A stretch of 64,000 nucleotides of DNA from NCBI GenBank assembly GCA_964485795.1, contig CAZAJQ010000001.1:142014-206013 (forward strand), read 5' to 3'. The position numbers and the translations under genes were made by a program. Below the pieces are notes generated by a model. That model saw nothing but the letters and a program-made list of their open reading frames with translations, had not been told where the DNA came from and searched no databases. Shown here in pieces: positions 1-9,578 of this stretch (position 1 is its first letter; each line of letters opens with the position of its first letter). The stretch is from an uncultured Gammaproteobacteria bacterium (GTDB taxonomy: Bacteria > Patescibacteriota > Patescibacteriia > VMEV01 > CAZAJQ01).

Positions 1-155
1 GCAATATACATTGTTTGCATTTTTTTTCATTTCTGTTCTATACTTGCTTCATTCCCCAACCCTTATCTCTAAAACCCCCTTGATCGCACGCGGGGTTTTG
101 TTTTTTTTCTCAATCAATATTTTATGGCTTTTCCATGCTACAATGACGAAACTCT

Positions 156-2021
156 ATGCAAAACACGCTGAAAAAATATTTTGGATACGATGCGTTTCGG
201 CCGCTTCAAAAGGATATTATCGACTGTGTCATGTCGGGGCGTGACGCGGTGGCGCTGATGCCGACCGGTGGCGGGAAATCACTTTGTTTTCAGCTTCCGG
301 CGATTTTGCTTCCGGGAATGGCCGTGGTTATTTCTCCTTTGATTTCATTGATGAAAGATCAGGTCGATGCTTTGCGCGCCAACGGGATCGCCGCGGATTT
401 TATCAATAGTTCGATTTCTCCGAGTGAACGTGAGCGGGTTGCGAACGCCGCCAAAGCCGGTCAATTAAAATTGCTCTACGTCGCGCCGGAACGATTTGGA
501 GTCTCGGGTTTTGAAAATTTGCTGCGAGAGTTGAAAATAAGCTTGATCGCCATTGACGAGGCGCATTGCATCTCCGAGTGGGGACACGATTTTCGTCCGG
601 ATTATCGAAATTTGAAACAATTGCGCCCAAACTTTCCGGGAATACCGATACTTGCCCTCACGGCAACCGCAACCCACAAAGTTCGCGAGGATATCATTTC
701 GCAACTTGCTTTGGATTTTCCGAAATTGTTTCTCGCGAGTTTTAATCGACAGAATCTTCGTTACGAGGTTTTATCCAAAAAGGATTCTTTCCGAACCGTG
801 GTGGCCTTGTTGACCCGGCACCGCAACGAAAGCGCGATTATTTATTGTTTTTCGCGCAAGGATACTGAAGTTTTGGTGCAAAATCTCAATCTCAATGGCT
901 TTCCTTCCTTACCGTATCACGCGGGACTCGATGCCAACACTCGAAAAGAAAATCAAGAGAGGTTTATCCGAGACGAAGTCGGGATTATGGTGGCCACAAT
1001 CGCGTTTGGCATGGGCATAGATAAACCGGACGTGCGACTTGTTATTCATCACAGTCTGCCGAAATCCATTGAAGGTTATTATCAAGAAACCGGACGCGCG
1101 GGTCGAGACGGTTTGCCGAGCCGTTGCGTATTGCTGTACACCTTCGCGGACAAATTCAAACACGACTATTTTCTTCGCGAGATAGTGGATAGCGAGGAAC
1201 GAAGGAACGCGGAAATCAAGCTGGATCAAGTTCTACGATACGGGACATTGACTGCCTGTCGGCGAAAATACTTGTTGAGCTATTTCCACGAAAGTTACCC
1301 GAAGCAAAATTGTGAAAATTGCGATGTTTGCTCCCCGTCTCAGCAACTGGAAATTGCAAGCGTTTCTATTGGACATTCCCGATCGCGACAGGACGACGCA
1401 CAGCGGTTTGGAGACGCTTGCGATCAGGGGTTATTTGAAGAGTTGCGTGAATTGAGAAGGCAAGAAGCTTTCAAACGCGGTGTTCCTCCGTATATCATCT
1501 TCGGCGATAAAGCGCTCCGCGAAATGGCAACGGTTTTCCCGCGAAACGATGACGCTTTATTGAAAATATCCGGAGTCGGTCAAAAAAAACTTGCGCAGTT
1601 TGGCGTGCAATTTTTATCCGTGATTGCTCGTTATGCCGAGATTCATAATATCCCGAATAAAGTTGAGATTCAGCCACGCGTTGTGCACATAAAAAAAGCC
1701 GTGATGGTCGGTTCCACGGTGGATGAGACCAAGGATTTGGTTTTGCAAAAAAAATCCATTGAAGAAATGGCGAAGATTCGCGGGATGACCGTTGGTACGA
1801 TATTTTCTCATCTGGAAAAAATCGTCGCGGTTGATTCAAACATCGATATCGAACATTTGAGGCCGAAAAAAGAACGATTCGAAAAAATCGCCGCCGCGTT
1901 TCAAAAATCCGGAGGTGTATTGCTCACTCCGGTTCGTGAAATCCTGGGAGAGGAGTATTCATTCGACGAATTGAGGCTCGCGAGGATGTTTTTGGGGAGG
2001 GTTTCCGGACTGCCCGATTGA
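156..2021 (+). CDS. recQ: ATP-dependent DNA helicase RecQ (helicase core, RQC zinc region, HRDC, plus a C-terminal HTH-like extension)
   Basis: Walker A MPTGGGKSLCFQLPA, DEAH box IDEAHCISEWGHDFRPDY, arginine finger region QETGRAGRDG, C-terminal cysteine cluster CENCDVC, and an HRDC-like segment (ALREMATVF...ISGVGQKKL). Full-length 621 aa ORF. Confidence 0.9.
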   Translation: MQNTLKKYFGYDAFRPLQKDIIDCVMSGRDAVALMPTGGGKSLCFQLPAILLPGMAVVISPLISLMKDQVDALRANGIAADFINSSISPSERERVANAAKAGQLKLLYVAPERFGVSGFENLLRELKISLIAIDEAHCISEWGHDFRPDYRNLKQLRPNFPGIPILALTATATHKVREDIISQLALDFPKLFLASFNRQNLRYEVLSKKDSFRTVVALLTRHRNESAIIYCFSRKDTEVLVQNLNLNGFPSLPYHAGLDANTRKENQERFIRDEVGIMVATIAFGMGIDKPDVRLVIHHSLPKSIEGYYQETGRAGRDGLPSRCVLLYTFADKFKHDYFLREIVDSEERRNAEIKLDQVLRYGTLTACRRKYLLSYFHESYPKQNCENCDVCSPSQQLEIASVSIGHSRSRQDDAQRFGDACDQGLFEELRELRRQEAFKRGVPPYIIFGDKALREMATVFPRNDDALLKISGVGQKKLAQFGVQFLSVIARYAEIHNIPNKVEIQPRVVHIKKAVMVGSTVDETKDLVLQKKSIEEMAKIRGMTVGTIFSHLEKIVAVDSNIDIEHLRPKKERFEKIAAAFQKSGGVLLTPVREILGEEYSFDELRLARMFLGRVSGLPD

Positions 2022-2252
2022 TAAAAACAAAAATCTGACAATGTCATGTCGCTGCGAAAATATATTTCGAATTCACCGCGGATAGGTAAATATAAAATAT
2101 AACCGACCACGAGCGATTGCGATTTTTCAGTGACTGTTGCACAATGAAGTTAGAATTGTTATTTCGTAATGGGAATCTCCCGAAAGAGGTATTGAGAAGA
2201 GTTGCGTCATTGGACTCGTTGAAAAAATTGAGATTATAATTTTTTTTACTCT

Positions 2253-2435
2253 ATGCAACAGAGGCACGATCAAAATCTTAAAGATTCGCAAGGGAGCATG
2301 TACACCTGCCCCAAATGCGGTTATCGCTATGCGGAAAAAGCATGGGCGGAAAAATGCGAGGAGTGGTGCGAGAAACACTCGTCTTGTAATCTGGAGATTA
2401 TTGCTCATGGGTTTCCGCCGCAAAGCGAAAACTGA
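2253..2435 (+). CDS. small zinc-ribbon protein (CxxC...CxxxC)
   Basis: 60 aa ORF with CPKC and CEEWC motifs. Its stop lies 5 nt before the ATG of the downstream VIT transporter, consistent with translational coupling. Too short to confirm by homology from sequence alone. Confidence 0.4.
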   Translation: MQQRHDQNLKDSQGSMYTCPKCGYRYAEKAWAEKCEEWCEKHSSCNLEIIAHGFPPQSEN

Positions 2436-2439
2436 TTTT

Positions 2440-3195
2440 ATGCATTCCACTCGTGAAAAAATGCAGCATGATGAGGCTTCATTGCATTCCTCTGTCCAAT
2501 CCTCATGGCAAAAATATCTCTCGGAATTTGTCTACGGCGGAATCGACGGATGCGTGACGACGTTTGCGGTTGTTGCGGGCGCGGTGGGAGCGGGTTTGGA
2601 TTCCTCGGTGATCATCATTTTGGGTCTTGCGAACCTTTTCGCGGACGGTTTTTCCATGTCGGTCGGGAGTTACCTGTCCTCGAAGTCCGAATGGCAAAAT
2701 TATCTCAAGCACGAAGGCATAGAACGTTGGGAAGTTGATCATGTCCCCGAGAAGGAACGGCAAGAAATACGTGACATTTATTCGCGCAAAGGTTTTCAAG
2801 GGAAAGCGTTGGAATCGGTGGTGGATACTATTTGTTCGGACAAGGAACGCTGGATCGATGTCATGATGAAAGAAGAGTTGCTTTTGCAAAAGCCGGATAA
2901 AAAACCCGTTATGCGAGGTTTGGTCACCTTCATTTCGTTCCTCGTCGTGGGTATGGTGCCATTGTCCGTTTACCTCGTGGATTTTTTAGCGCCCATTGCC
3001 ACAGGTTTTCAATCGCGATTTTCACTTGCCATCATTTTGACCACATTGGCGTTTGCTTTAATAGGGTTTCTAAAATCTTCAGTAACGCACAGCAACACAT
3101 GGAGAGGCGTGATCGAAACCGTACTTTTGGGTTCCCTTGCAGCCGCAATATCTTACGGAGTCGGCTCGGGGTTGGAACGAGTGATTGGTTCGTGA
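2440..3195 (+). CDS. VIT1/CCC1-family iron/manganese transporter
   Basis: [15 protein letters not shown] and [15 protein letters not shown] motifs typical of the VIT family, with C-terminal transmembrane helices. Start placed at the internal ATG at 2440; the ORF track extends to 2329. Confidence 0.75.
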   Translation: MHSTREKMQHDEASLHSSVQSSWQKYLSEFVYGGIDGCVTTFAVVAGAVGAGLDSSVIIILGLANLFADGFSMSVGSYLSSKSEWQNYLKHEGIERWEVDHVPEKERQEIRDIYSRKGFQGKALESVVDTICSDKERWIDVMMKEELLLQKPDKKPVMRGLVTFISFLVVGMVPLSVYLVDFLAPIATGFQSRFSLAIILTTLAFALIGFLKSSVTHSNTWRGVIETVLLGSLAAAISYGVGSGLERVIGS

Positions 3196-3254
3196 AGCTT
3201 GCACCGTTTGTAGTTTCGTTCTCTTCATTGTGAACGTTCACTGGGGGCTTTCAT

Positions 3255-4037
3255 TTGTTTATTGATCAATATATGGGTCGAATACAAAATATCTTTTTTG
3301 CGACAGGTATTTTTTTTGTATCTATTGCATTGGTCGGTTGTGCGGCGATCCGGCCGAGCCAACTATCATTGTCACTCAACATGGATGCTCTCGCTTACGT
3401 TGGGCAATCGTTACCCATAAGCTATGAAATCGTGAACACTTTGAAAAAAAATCCCGATGGAGACTTCGTCGTGAATATCATGTATAAAAAATCGGGTGAT
3501 ATCGGTTATGTTGTTTTGCATGAATTTTCCGTCTCGTTTGTGCCAAATCAAGCTGTCCGAGGCAATTACATTTTTGATACAGCCAAAGTTTCGACAGGAA
3601 AATACGAGGTTAAAATGATCGTTTTCGAACGGAAATCCGGGAGTAACGTTGCGATTACTGATACTTCGAAGTTTGTTTCGATCTCGACCGTTCCGGAGGG
3701 AGTCAGCCTCGAACTTGATTTATCGAGTGAAGTTGCAAGGGACGGGAGGCCATTGAAAATTCGCGCGAAGGTTGCGAATGGAGGGCAAGAGGATTTGACC
3801 GACTTTATTCTTGAGATTGCGTATTCGAAATTCGGCATGGAAAATGAGAGATACCCAATAAAAGAATTCCCAGTGAATCTTAAGAAGGGGGATACTTTTG
3901 AAACGACCTACAACTACGTTTCACTTGGAATTCCGATCGGTGAAAAGAGTCATGAAATGATTCTTCTTTTTCACCACAAAAACGTTGCGGATCCGCGATC
4001 GTTTATGAATATTCGTAAACCGTTTCGCTTTGAATAG
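3255..4037 (+). CDS. hypothetical lipoprotein
   Basis: N-terminal signal peptide with a lipobox-like LVGC|A. No recognisable catalytic motif. Confidence 0.5.
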   Translation: MFIDQYMGRIQNIFFATGIFFVSIALVGCAAIRPSQLSLSLNMDALAYVGQSLPISYEIVNTLKKNPDGDFVVNIMYKKSGDIGYVVLHEFSVSFVPNQAVRGNYIFDTAKVSTGKYEVKMIVFERKSGSNVAITDTSKFVSISTVPEGVSLELDLSSEVARDGRPLKIRAKVANGGQEDLTDFILEIAYSKFGMENERYPIKEFPVNLKKGDTFETTYNYVSLGIPIGEKSHEMILLFHHKNVADPRSFMNIRKPFRFE

Positions 4038-4290
4038 GCGCTCGGTCAAGCACGCGGTTGTCGCTTCATGAAAAATTTTTCATGAGTATTGGGACGGGAA
4101 AATCGTTTGCATACCGATTCACTTCGCTTGCCAATGTTTTCAAAATACACAACCCGTTACTTTTAAAAATGAAGTCTTGCGGATTCGGAAAAAATGCAAG
4201 ATCCGTTTGTTTTGATCATGAGGAAAAATGATTCAACCAACGGAAAAGAGGCTTTCAAGCCTCTTTTTTCATGAATGGAGGATAACGATT

Positions 4291-4755
4291 TTATCGAATG
4301 ATGCTGATCGTTTCTCCGAGTTCGGCACCGCTCGCCGAGATGGTGATCTGACTCGTCGTGGCGTTTCGAACGATCGAATATTTGCTGTCATAATCGGTCG
4401 TGGATGTCCAATGCGCACCGGAAACGGACGGATCAAACGGCATGGTGGAAATGTAGTTTGGCACCAAACAAGGCGCAATGTCATACTCGCCCACGGTATT
4501 GGACATATTCGTCGCAGTCGCGGGTATCGCTCCCGCGGCGCAGGTAAATGTCCCGTTGTTGCGCGCTATATTGGCGCTGATGCCGTTTGCGATCGTATTG
4601 AGATGCGATTTTCTTTGCGAATTTCTGGCGTTTGCAAATTGCTGTCCCGGATTGATCACGGCAATCAGGATACCCGCAAGAATGGCTATCAGCGCAATGA
4701 CGATAAGCACTTCGATAAGCGTAAACCCGCGCCGAAACGATTGATAATGATGCAT
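4291..4755 (-). CDS. type IV pilin / pseudopilin (prepilin-type N-terminal cleavage/methylation domain)
   Basis: N-terminus MHHYQSFRRGFTLIEVLIVIALIAILAGI, i.e. a G|FTLIE class III signal with E at +5 and a hydrophobic helix. It is divergent from the pilus ATPase operon. Confidence 0.8.
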   Translation of the reverse strand: MHHYQSFRRGFTLIEVLIVIALIAILAGILIAVINPGQQFANARNSQRKSHLNTIANGISANIARNNGTFTCAAGAIPATATNMSNTVGEYDIAPCLVPNYISTMPFDPSVSGAHWTSTTDYDSKYSIVRNATTSQITISASGAELGETISIIR

Positions 4756-4834
4756 AAATAAAATTACTGTTGATATGTTATAATTATATCAGATTCAATA
4801 CATTTTCTCAAAAAAAATTTTCAAAAAAAATGCT

Positions 4835-6118
4835 ATGGCCACAGCCGAAGAAAAAAATTATCTTGAAGAAATGCTTCGCCAGCAAATCTTGGCCAATGCC
4901 GAAAAATCTTCCGCGATAGCGGATATCGGTGCCATTCGATCTCTGACCGGATCGACTCCCGTCACGGAAATCGTGGATAGGCTCATTGAAACCGCAATGA
5001 AAGTACGGGTTTCGGACATTCATTTCGATCCCACGGAATACCACCTCATCATACGATATCGTATCGATGGAATTCTTTATGATGTTTTATTGTTGCCGGT
5101 GAGACTTCTGGTGGTGATCATCACACGATTGAAAGTTCTCGCGAATTTGAGAACCGATGAACACGCTTCGGCTCAAGACGGACGCATCCAGAGGCAATTC
5201 GGCACGCAAACCATCGATATTCGTCTATCGATCATGCCGGCCTACTACGGTGAAAATGCGGTCATGCGCCTTCTCGTATCCGGAGCGCAATCTTTGAAAC
5301 TTCTGGATCTCGGATTTCGAGAGCAAGACATGGAAAAAATCAACGCGGCGATTCGTCTGCCCTACGGAATGATCCTCACCACAGGACCGACCGGATCCGG
5401 GAAAACCACCACGCTCTACGCCATGATAAATGAAATCAACAAGCGAGAAATGTCCATCATCACGATCGAAGACCCCATCGAATTTTCCATACCGGGAATC
5501 ACGCAAATCCCGGTAAACGTGCAAACCGGACTCACCTTTGCGAAAGGACTTCGCTCGATAGTGCGGCAAGATCCCGACATCATGATGGTCGGAGAAATTC
5601 GCGATTCGGAAACGGCCGGAATCGCGGTCAACTCGGCGATGACCGGACATCTCGTGCTCTCCACTTTGCATACCAATGACGCCGCGGTTACCCTGCCGCG
5701 ATTGCTTGATATGGAAGTCGAAGCTTTTTTGATCGCATCGACCGTGAATCTCGCCATCGGACAAAGACTGGTTCGCAAACTGTGCCAATCGTGCAAAGCG
5801 CCCCATGAAGTGACAAATCCCGAAAAACTCGCTTTCGCTTCTTTTGTGGACGAAAAATGGCTGGACGCTCACAAATTTCACGAACCCGTCGGATGCAACG
5901 ATTGCAACAATAAAGGCTATAAAGGACGCGTGGGGATTTTTGAAATCATGCCCATGAGCGAAAAGATCCGCCATGCCATCATGCAAAACAGCAATGCGCA
6001 GCTCATACGAAGCATCGCCATAGAAGAAGGGATGACCACCATGCTGCAAGACGGTTTGGTAAAAGCCGCGTCCGGAATCACCAGCCTGCAGGAAATTCTC
6101 CGCGTATTTCATGAATAA
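4835..6118 (+). CDS. type IV pilus / competence pseudopilus assembly ATPase (PilB/GspE/ComGA family, short form)
   Basis: Walker A GPTGSGKTT, Asp/His boxes, and a C-terminal tetracysteine CQSC...CNDC. At 427 aa it lacks the long N-terminal GspE domain, as ComGA-type ATPases do. Confidence 0.9.
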   Translation: MATAEEKNYLEEMLRQQILANAEKSSAIADIGAIRSLTGSTPVTEIVDRLIETAMKVRVSDIHFDPTEYHLIIRYRIDGILYDVLLLPVRLLVVIITRLKVLANLRTDEHASAQDGRIQRQFGTQTIDIRLSIMPAYYGENAVMRLLVSGAQSLKLLDLGFREQDMEKINAAIRLPYGMILTTGPTGSGKTTTLYAMINEINKREMSIITIEDPIEFSIPGITQIPVNVQTGLTFAKGLRSIVRQDPDIMMVGEIRDSETAGIAVNSAMTGHLVLSTLHTNDAAVTLPRLLDMEVEAFLIASTVNLAIGQRLVRKLCQSCKAPHEVTNPEKLAFASFVDEKWLDAHKFHEPVGCNDCNNKGYKGRVGIFEIMPMSEKIRHAIMQNSNAQLIRSIAIEEGMTTMLQDGLVKAASGITSLQEILRVFHE

Positions 6119-6126
6119 TTTTTCCC

Positions 6127-7215
6127 ATGAAAACCATCATAAACAATGACCGAAGTTTAAATATTTCTCCCTTCCTCCATATTTCCGAGCGTGAAAAAAT
6201 GTTTTTTGCGCGATATCTTTCCATACTCTTGCGCTCGGGAATCCCGCTCTTAAAATCCGTCGAAAGCATTCGAAAAAACACCCGATCCAAACATTTTCAG
6301 AAAATATTGGATATTGTATTGGTGGATCTCAACAGCGGTCTTTTTTTGGCCACCAGTCTGGATCGTTTCCGAAAAATATTTTCGCGGTCTTTCGTGAGTA
6401 TCGTGAAAGTCGGTGAAGAATCGGGACAACTCGCCGAATCGCTGAATAAGCTCTCTATCCAAATGCAAAAAAACGAAGAACTTCGAGCGAAAGTCGTCAC
6501 GGCCTTCATCTATCCGATGATTCTCATCGTGGCGTCGCTCTCCGTGGCCGGATATCTGGTGGCGTTTGTGATACCAAACCTTCTTCCAGTGTTCACATCT
6601 TTGAATGTCGCCCTGCCTTTCACCACCCGAACCGTCATCTGGGTATCGGATTTTTTCATCACCAAATATTGGTTGGTATTTCTGATCATTTTTTCCATCA
6701 TCGTGACTCTGCGTTTTCTGTTTATGATCGAAAAATTCGCGTATTCCGTGGACGCTTTGCTTCTGAAAACACCGCTGATAGGCAATATTTTAAAAAACGC
6801 GCAGTTGGCTTTTTTCAGTCGCATTTTGAGCATCATGATAACGTCGGGAGTGAATATCGTCGACGCGATAGCTACGACGAGCAACGCACTGTCAAATCGC
6901 GTTTACAAAAAAAGATTGCATGACATGGGACTTTCTCTCAACAAGGGACAATACATCTACTCGGCGCTGGCCGACCAGCCCGATCTTTTTCCGAGCATGG
7001 TACTCCAGATGATCGAAGTCGGAGAAAAAACGGGAAAATTGCCGGATACTTTGCTTTTTGTCTCGGATTTTTCAGAGGAAGAAGCGGAACGATCCATCAG
7101 TCGTCTTTCCATATTCGTCGAGCCGGTCATCCTTCTTTTCATGGGATTTTTGGTCGGATTCATCGCCATTGCGGTCGTAACGCCAATCTATCAGCTCACC
7201 ACCGGCATTCGATGA
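6127..7215 (+). CDS. type IV pilus / T2SS platform protein (PilC/GspF/ComGB family)
   Basis: Two GspF-like repeats, polytopic membrane topology, and a position immediately downstream of the ATPase. Confidence 0.85.
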   Translation: MKTIINNDRSLNISPFLHISEREKMFFARYLSILLRSGIPLLKSVESIRKNTRSKHFQKILDIVLVDLNSGLFLATSLDRFRKIFSRSFVSIVKVGEESGQLAESLNKLSIQMQKNEELRAKVVTAFIYPMILIVASLSVAGYLVAFVIPNLLPVFTSLNVALPFTTRTVIWVSDFFITKYWLVFLIIFSIIVTLRFLFMIEKFAYSVDALLLKTPLIGNILKNAQLAFFSRILSIMITSGVNIVDAIATTSNALSNRVYKKRLHDMGLSLNKGQYIYSALADQPDLFPSMVLQMIEVGEKTGKLPDTLLFVSDFSEEEAERSISRLSIFVEPVILLFMGFLVGFIAIAVVTPIYQLTTGIR

Positions 7216-7273
7216 TGATCGGACGAAAAAAAATCCTCTCGGTGATGGATACTCTCAAGTAAACTGACCTATT

Positions 7274-7738
7274 ATGCGCATCCGACCAAGGGAAAAGGGA
7301 TTTACCCTCATGGAAATGATCATCGGACTTGCTCTCATTCTTCTCACGCTCACGGGAATCGTGGCGATAAGCAACACTTACCTCATCAATCAACAGCTCG
7401 ACAATGCGGCTGAAAGCGCGCTTGAAGAAATACGACGTGCGCAGGGAGATGCGATAGCCGCCACCGGAGATTCCGGTCACGGAATAAAAATCATCGGATC
7501 GACGCTCATTCGTTTTCGAGGAAATTCGTTCGCTACCAGAAACGCGATTTATGACGTCGATTCGACGTTTCCGCCATTTCTCAGCTTTGGCGGAAACGAT
7601 GAAATCATTTTTCCGAAATTAAGCCCGGCCCCTGTCGCCGCAGCTTCCCTCACAATCTCAAACAACATTGAGCTATACACCATTTCAACATCTCTCTATG
7701 GAAATATTTCGCTCTCAAGAGGGTCAGTCGCTCCTTGA
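7274..7738 (+). CDS. prepilin-type pseudopilin (ComGC-like)
   Basis: N-terminus MRIRPREKGFTLMEMIIGLALILLTL, i.e. G|FTLME followed by a hydrophobic helix. Confidence 0.7.
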   Translation: MRIRPREKGFTLMEMIIGLALILLTLTGIVAISNTYLINQQLDNAAESALEEIRRAQGDAIAATGDSGHGIKIIGSTLIRFRGNSFATRNAIYDVDSTFPPFLSFGGNDEIIFPKLSPAPVAAASLTISNNIELYTISTSLYGNISLSRGSVAP

Positions 7739-9080
7739 GGTTTTGATAGCTCTCACCATCATCGTCATCATCATGAGCGGTATTTTCCCGTTGCTGGGGA
7801 CGCAAATACTCGGCATCGTCGACAGTCAAGACAGGATCGAAGCCATGTACCTCGCTCGGGAAGGAGTGCAGGCCAGCCGCGCCATACACAGTCGATCGTT
7901 TCATGAGCTTCTCGACGGCATTCATGGTCTCAGCCTCACGAACGGATCATGGCAATGGTCGGGATCCAGCGATCAATACGACAAATTCACTCGATCCGTC
8001 ACGATCAGCAGCCCCGATCTGGTCACAAAACAAATTTCTTCACAAATTCTCTGGACGGATACCTCGGGGTTGCAGCAAACCCTTGATTTCACCTTTAACG
8101 CTTTATTCACCGACTGGTATCAAATAGACGTTTGGGGCAACTGGACCGATCTGCAGCTTTTGGGGCAAATAGATATAGGAGCGACCGCACAAGGCAATGG
8201 GATCGACACCGACGGCATCACGGCTTTCATCGCGGCAAGCGCGGCAACCGGAAAACCAAAACTCTACAGCTTCAATGTCGCAAACAAATCCGCTCCGGTA
8301 CTGCTGCAATCTTTGGATACCGGAGACTCACTCAACGACGTCGTCATGTACGGCAATTACATTTTTACCGCCGGCACAAAAGACAATGAAGAACTGCGCG
8401 TCTTTGACGCAAGCAATCCCTCATCGATGATACCGGTAACGGTCATCAATCTCTCTTTAGACGCAAAAAAACTTATTATCCAGAACACGTCTCTCTTCGT
8501 GGTGGCGGAGCAGACACTTTTTATCTTTGATATCGGCAATCCCGCCGCCCCGACGCTCCTTTCGTCATCCGCTCTCGCATCAGCCGGCAATGATATCGAT
8601 GTCGTGAATGACAGGGCTTATATCGCGACCGGTGCCGACATATCTGAAGTGCAAATTTTTGACATTTCAAATTTTTCCTCCCCCGTCCTTATCGATTCAA
8701 TCGATATCGTCGGCATCGCCGATGCTCTTTCGCTGAATGCGCAAGAAAACTTCATCATCATCGGCATGGGATCAAACTCGGCGGGAGCTGAGCTTTTTCT
8801 CTATGACATTACGGATCCATTCTCCCCGATTTTGCGGTCAGCCGTGGAACAGTCAAATGATGTAATGGCAATAGAATTTGCGATTCCCTATGTTTTCATA
8901 GGAACCGCGGATGCAAATGAAGAGCTCAAAATCTATGATTTTCGCGACACGCAATCCCCCGTCAAAATCGATTTCATCAATCTTTCGCAGCTGGTAAGAG
9001 ATATGATCATGAAAGACAATACTCTTTACGCGACGGTAAGGAGTCAAGATTCTCTAAAAATTATCGGTCCGTCTTTATGA
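7698..9080 (+). CDS. pilin-like protein with a C-terminal LVIVD-repeat beta-propeller domain (candidate pilus-associated adhesin)
   Basis: Prepilin-like N-terminus MEIFRSQEG|QSLLEVLIALTIIVII. It is followed by at least four LVIVD-type repeats (ELRVFDASNPSS, VQIFDISNFSSP, LFLYDITDPFSP, LKIYDFRDTQSP). Start moved to the internal ATG at 7698; the ORF track starts at 7668 and overlaps the upstream gene. Confidence 0.65.
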   Translation: MEIFRSQEGQSLLEVLIALTIIVIIMSGIFPLLGTQILGIVDSQDRIEAMYLAREGVQASRAIHSRSFHELLDGIHGLSLTNGSWQWSGSSDQYDKFTRSVTISSPDLVTKQISSQILWTDTSGLQQTLDFTFNALFTDWYQIDVWGNWTDLQLLGQIDIGATAQGNGIDTDGITAFIAASAATGKPKLYSFNVANKSAPVLLQSLDTGDSLNDVVMYGNYIFTAGTKDNEELRVFDASNPSSMIPVTVINLSLDAKKLIIQNTSLFVVAEQTLFIFDIGNPAAPTLLSSSALASAGNDIDVVNDRAYIATGADISEVQIFDISNFSSPVLIDSIDIVGIADALSLNAQENFIIIGMGSNSAGAELFLYDITDPFSPILRSAVEQSNDVMAIEFAIPYVFIGTADANEELKIYDFRDTQSPVKIDFINLSQLVRDMIMKDNTLYATVRSQDSLKIIGPSL

Positions 9081-9577
9081 TCTCATCTCCGAGTCAAAAA
9101 GGATTCACGCTCTTGGAATTCATCATCTACACGACGCTGACGACTCTTATCATGGGAATACTCGTGATCATTTCCATTTCGACGCTTCGCTCCCGAGCCT
9201 TATCAAACAACGACCTGATCGTTCAAAGAAACATGACGGTGGCGTTTGAAACGATCATAACAAAAATCGAGAAGGCAAACGCCATCACCGCTCCGACATC
9301 GGGAACCTCGAACACGCTTGAACTCACCGGCGATGATCCGCTCAAGTATCCATCGATTTTCACTTTGAACGCGGGGAAATTGATGCTGTCTGTCGCCGGC
9401 TCCGCGACCGAACCCCTGACATCCGATGACGTTGCGGTTACGGATTTTTCCGTAACAAGAATGAGCGATCCCATAGACGGCGCGCAAATATCCTTGAGCA
9501 TCGAAACGAAAAATCCTCCCACACCCGATCTGTATTCAAAAGAAAATCTCCGGACGACGATAATGCTTTCTTACTGA
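9077..9577 (+). CDS. prepilin-type pseudopilin
   Basis: N-terminus MISSPSQKGFTLLEFIIYTTLTTLIMGIL, i.e. G|FTLLE. The ATGA overlap with the upstream gene suggests translational coupling. Confidence 0.7.
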   Translation: MISSPSQKGFTLLEFIIYTTLTTLIMGILVIISISTLRSRALSNNDLIVQRNMTVAFETIITKIEKANAITAPTSGTSNTLELTGDDPLKYPSIFTLNAGKLMLSVAGSATEPLTSDDVAVTDFSVTRMSDPIDGAQISLSIETKNPPTPDLYSKENLRTTIMLSY

Positions 9578-9578
9578 T

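Noticed and set aside
139-144. Possible -10 box TACAAT 12 nt upstream of the recQ start
   Set aside because: No convincing -35 element lies at appropriate spacing. This is too weak to report as a promoter feature.
5225-6112. 295 aa minus-strand ORF inside the pilus ATPase gene, and similar long antisense ORFs at 24192..25412, 29553..30560, 38482..39249, 53225..53905, 54020..54841, 58637..59539 and 15479..16000
   Set aside because: Each is fully nested antisense to a gene with strong motif support (Walker motifs, aaRS motifs, FG-GAP repeats) and shows no motifs of its own. These are frame-shadow ORFs.
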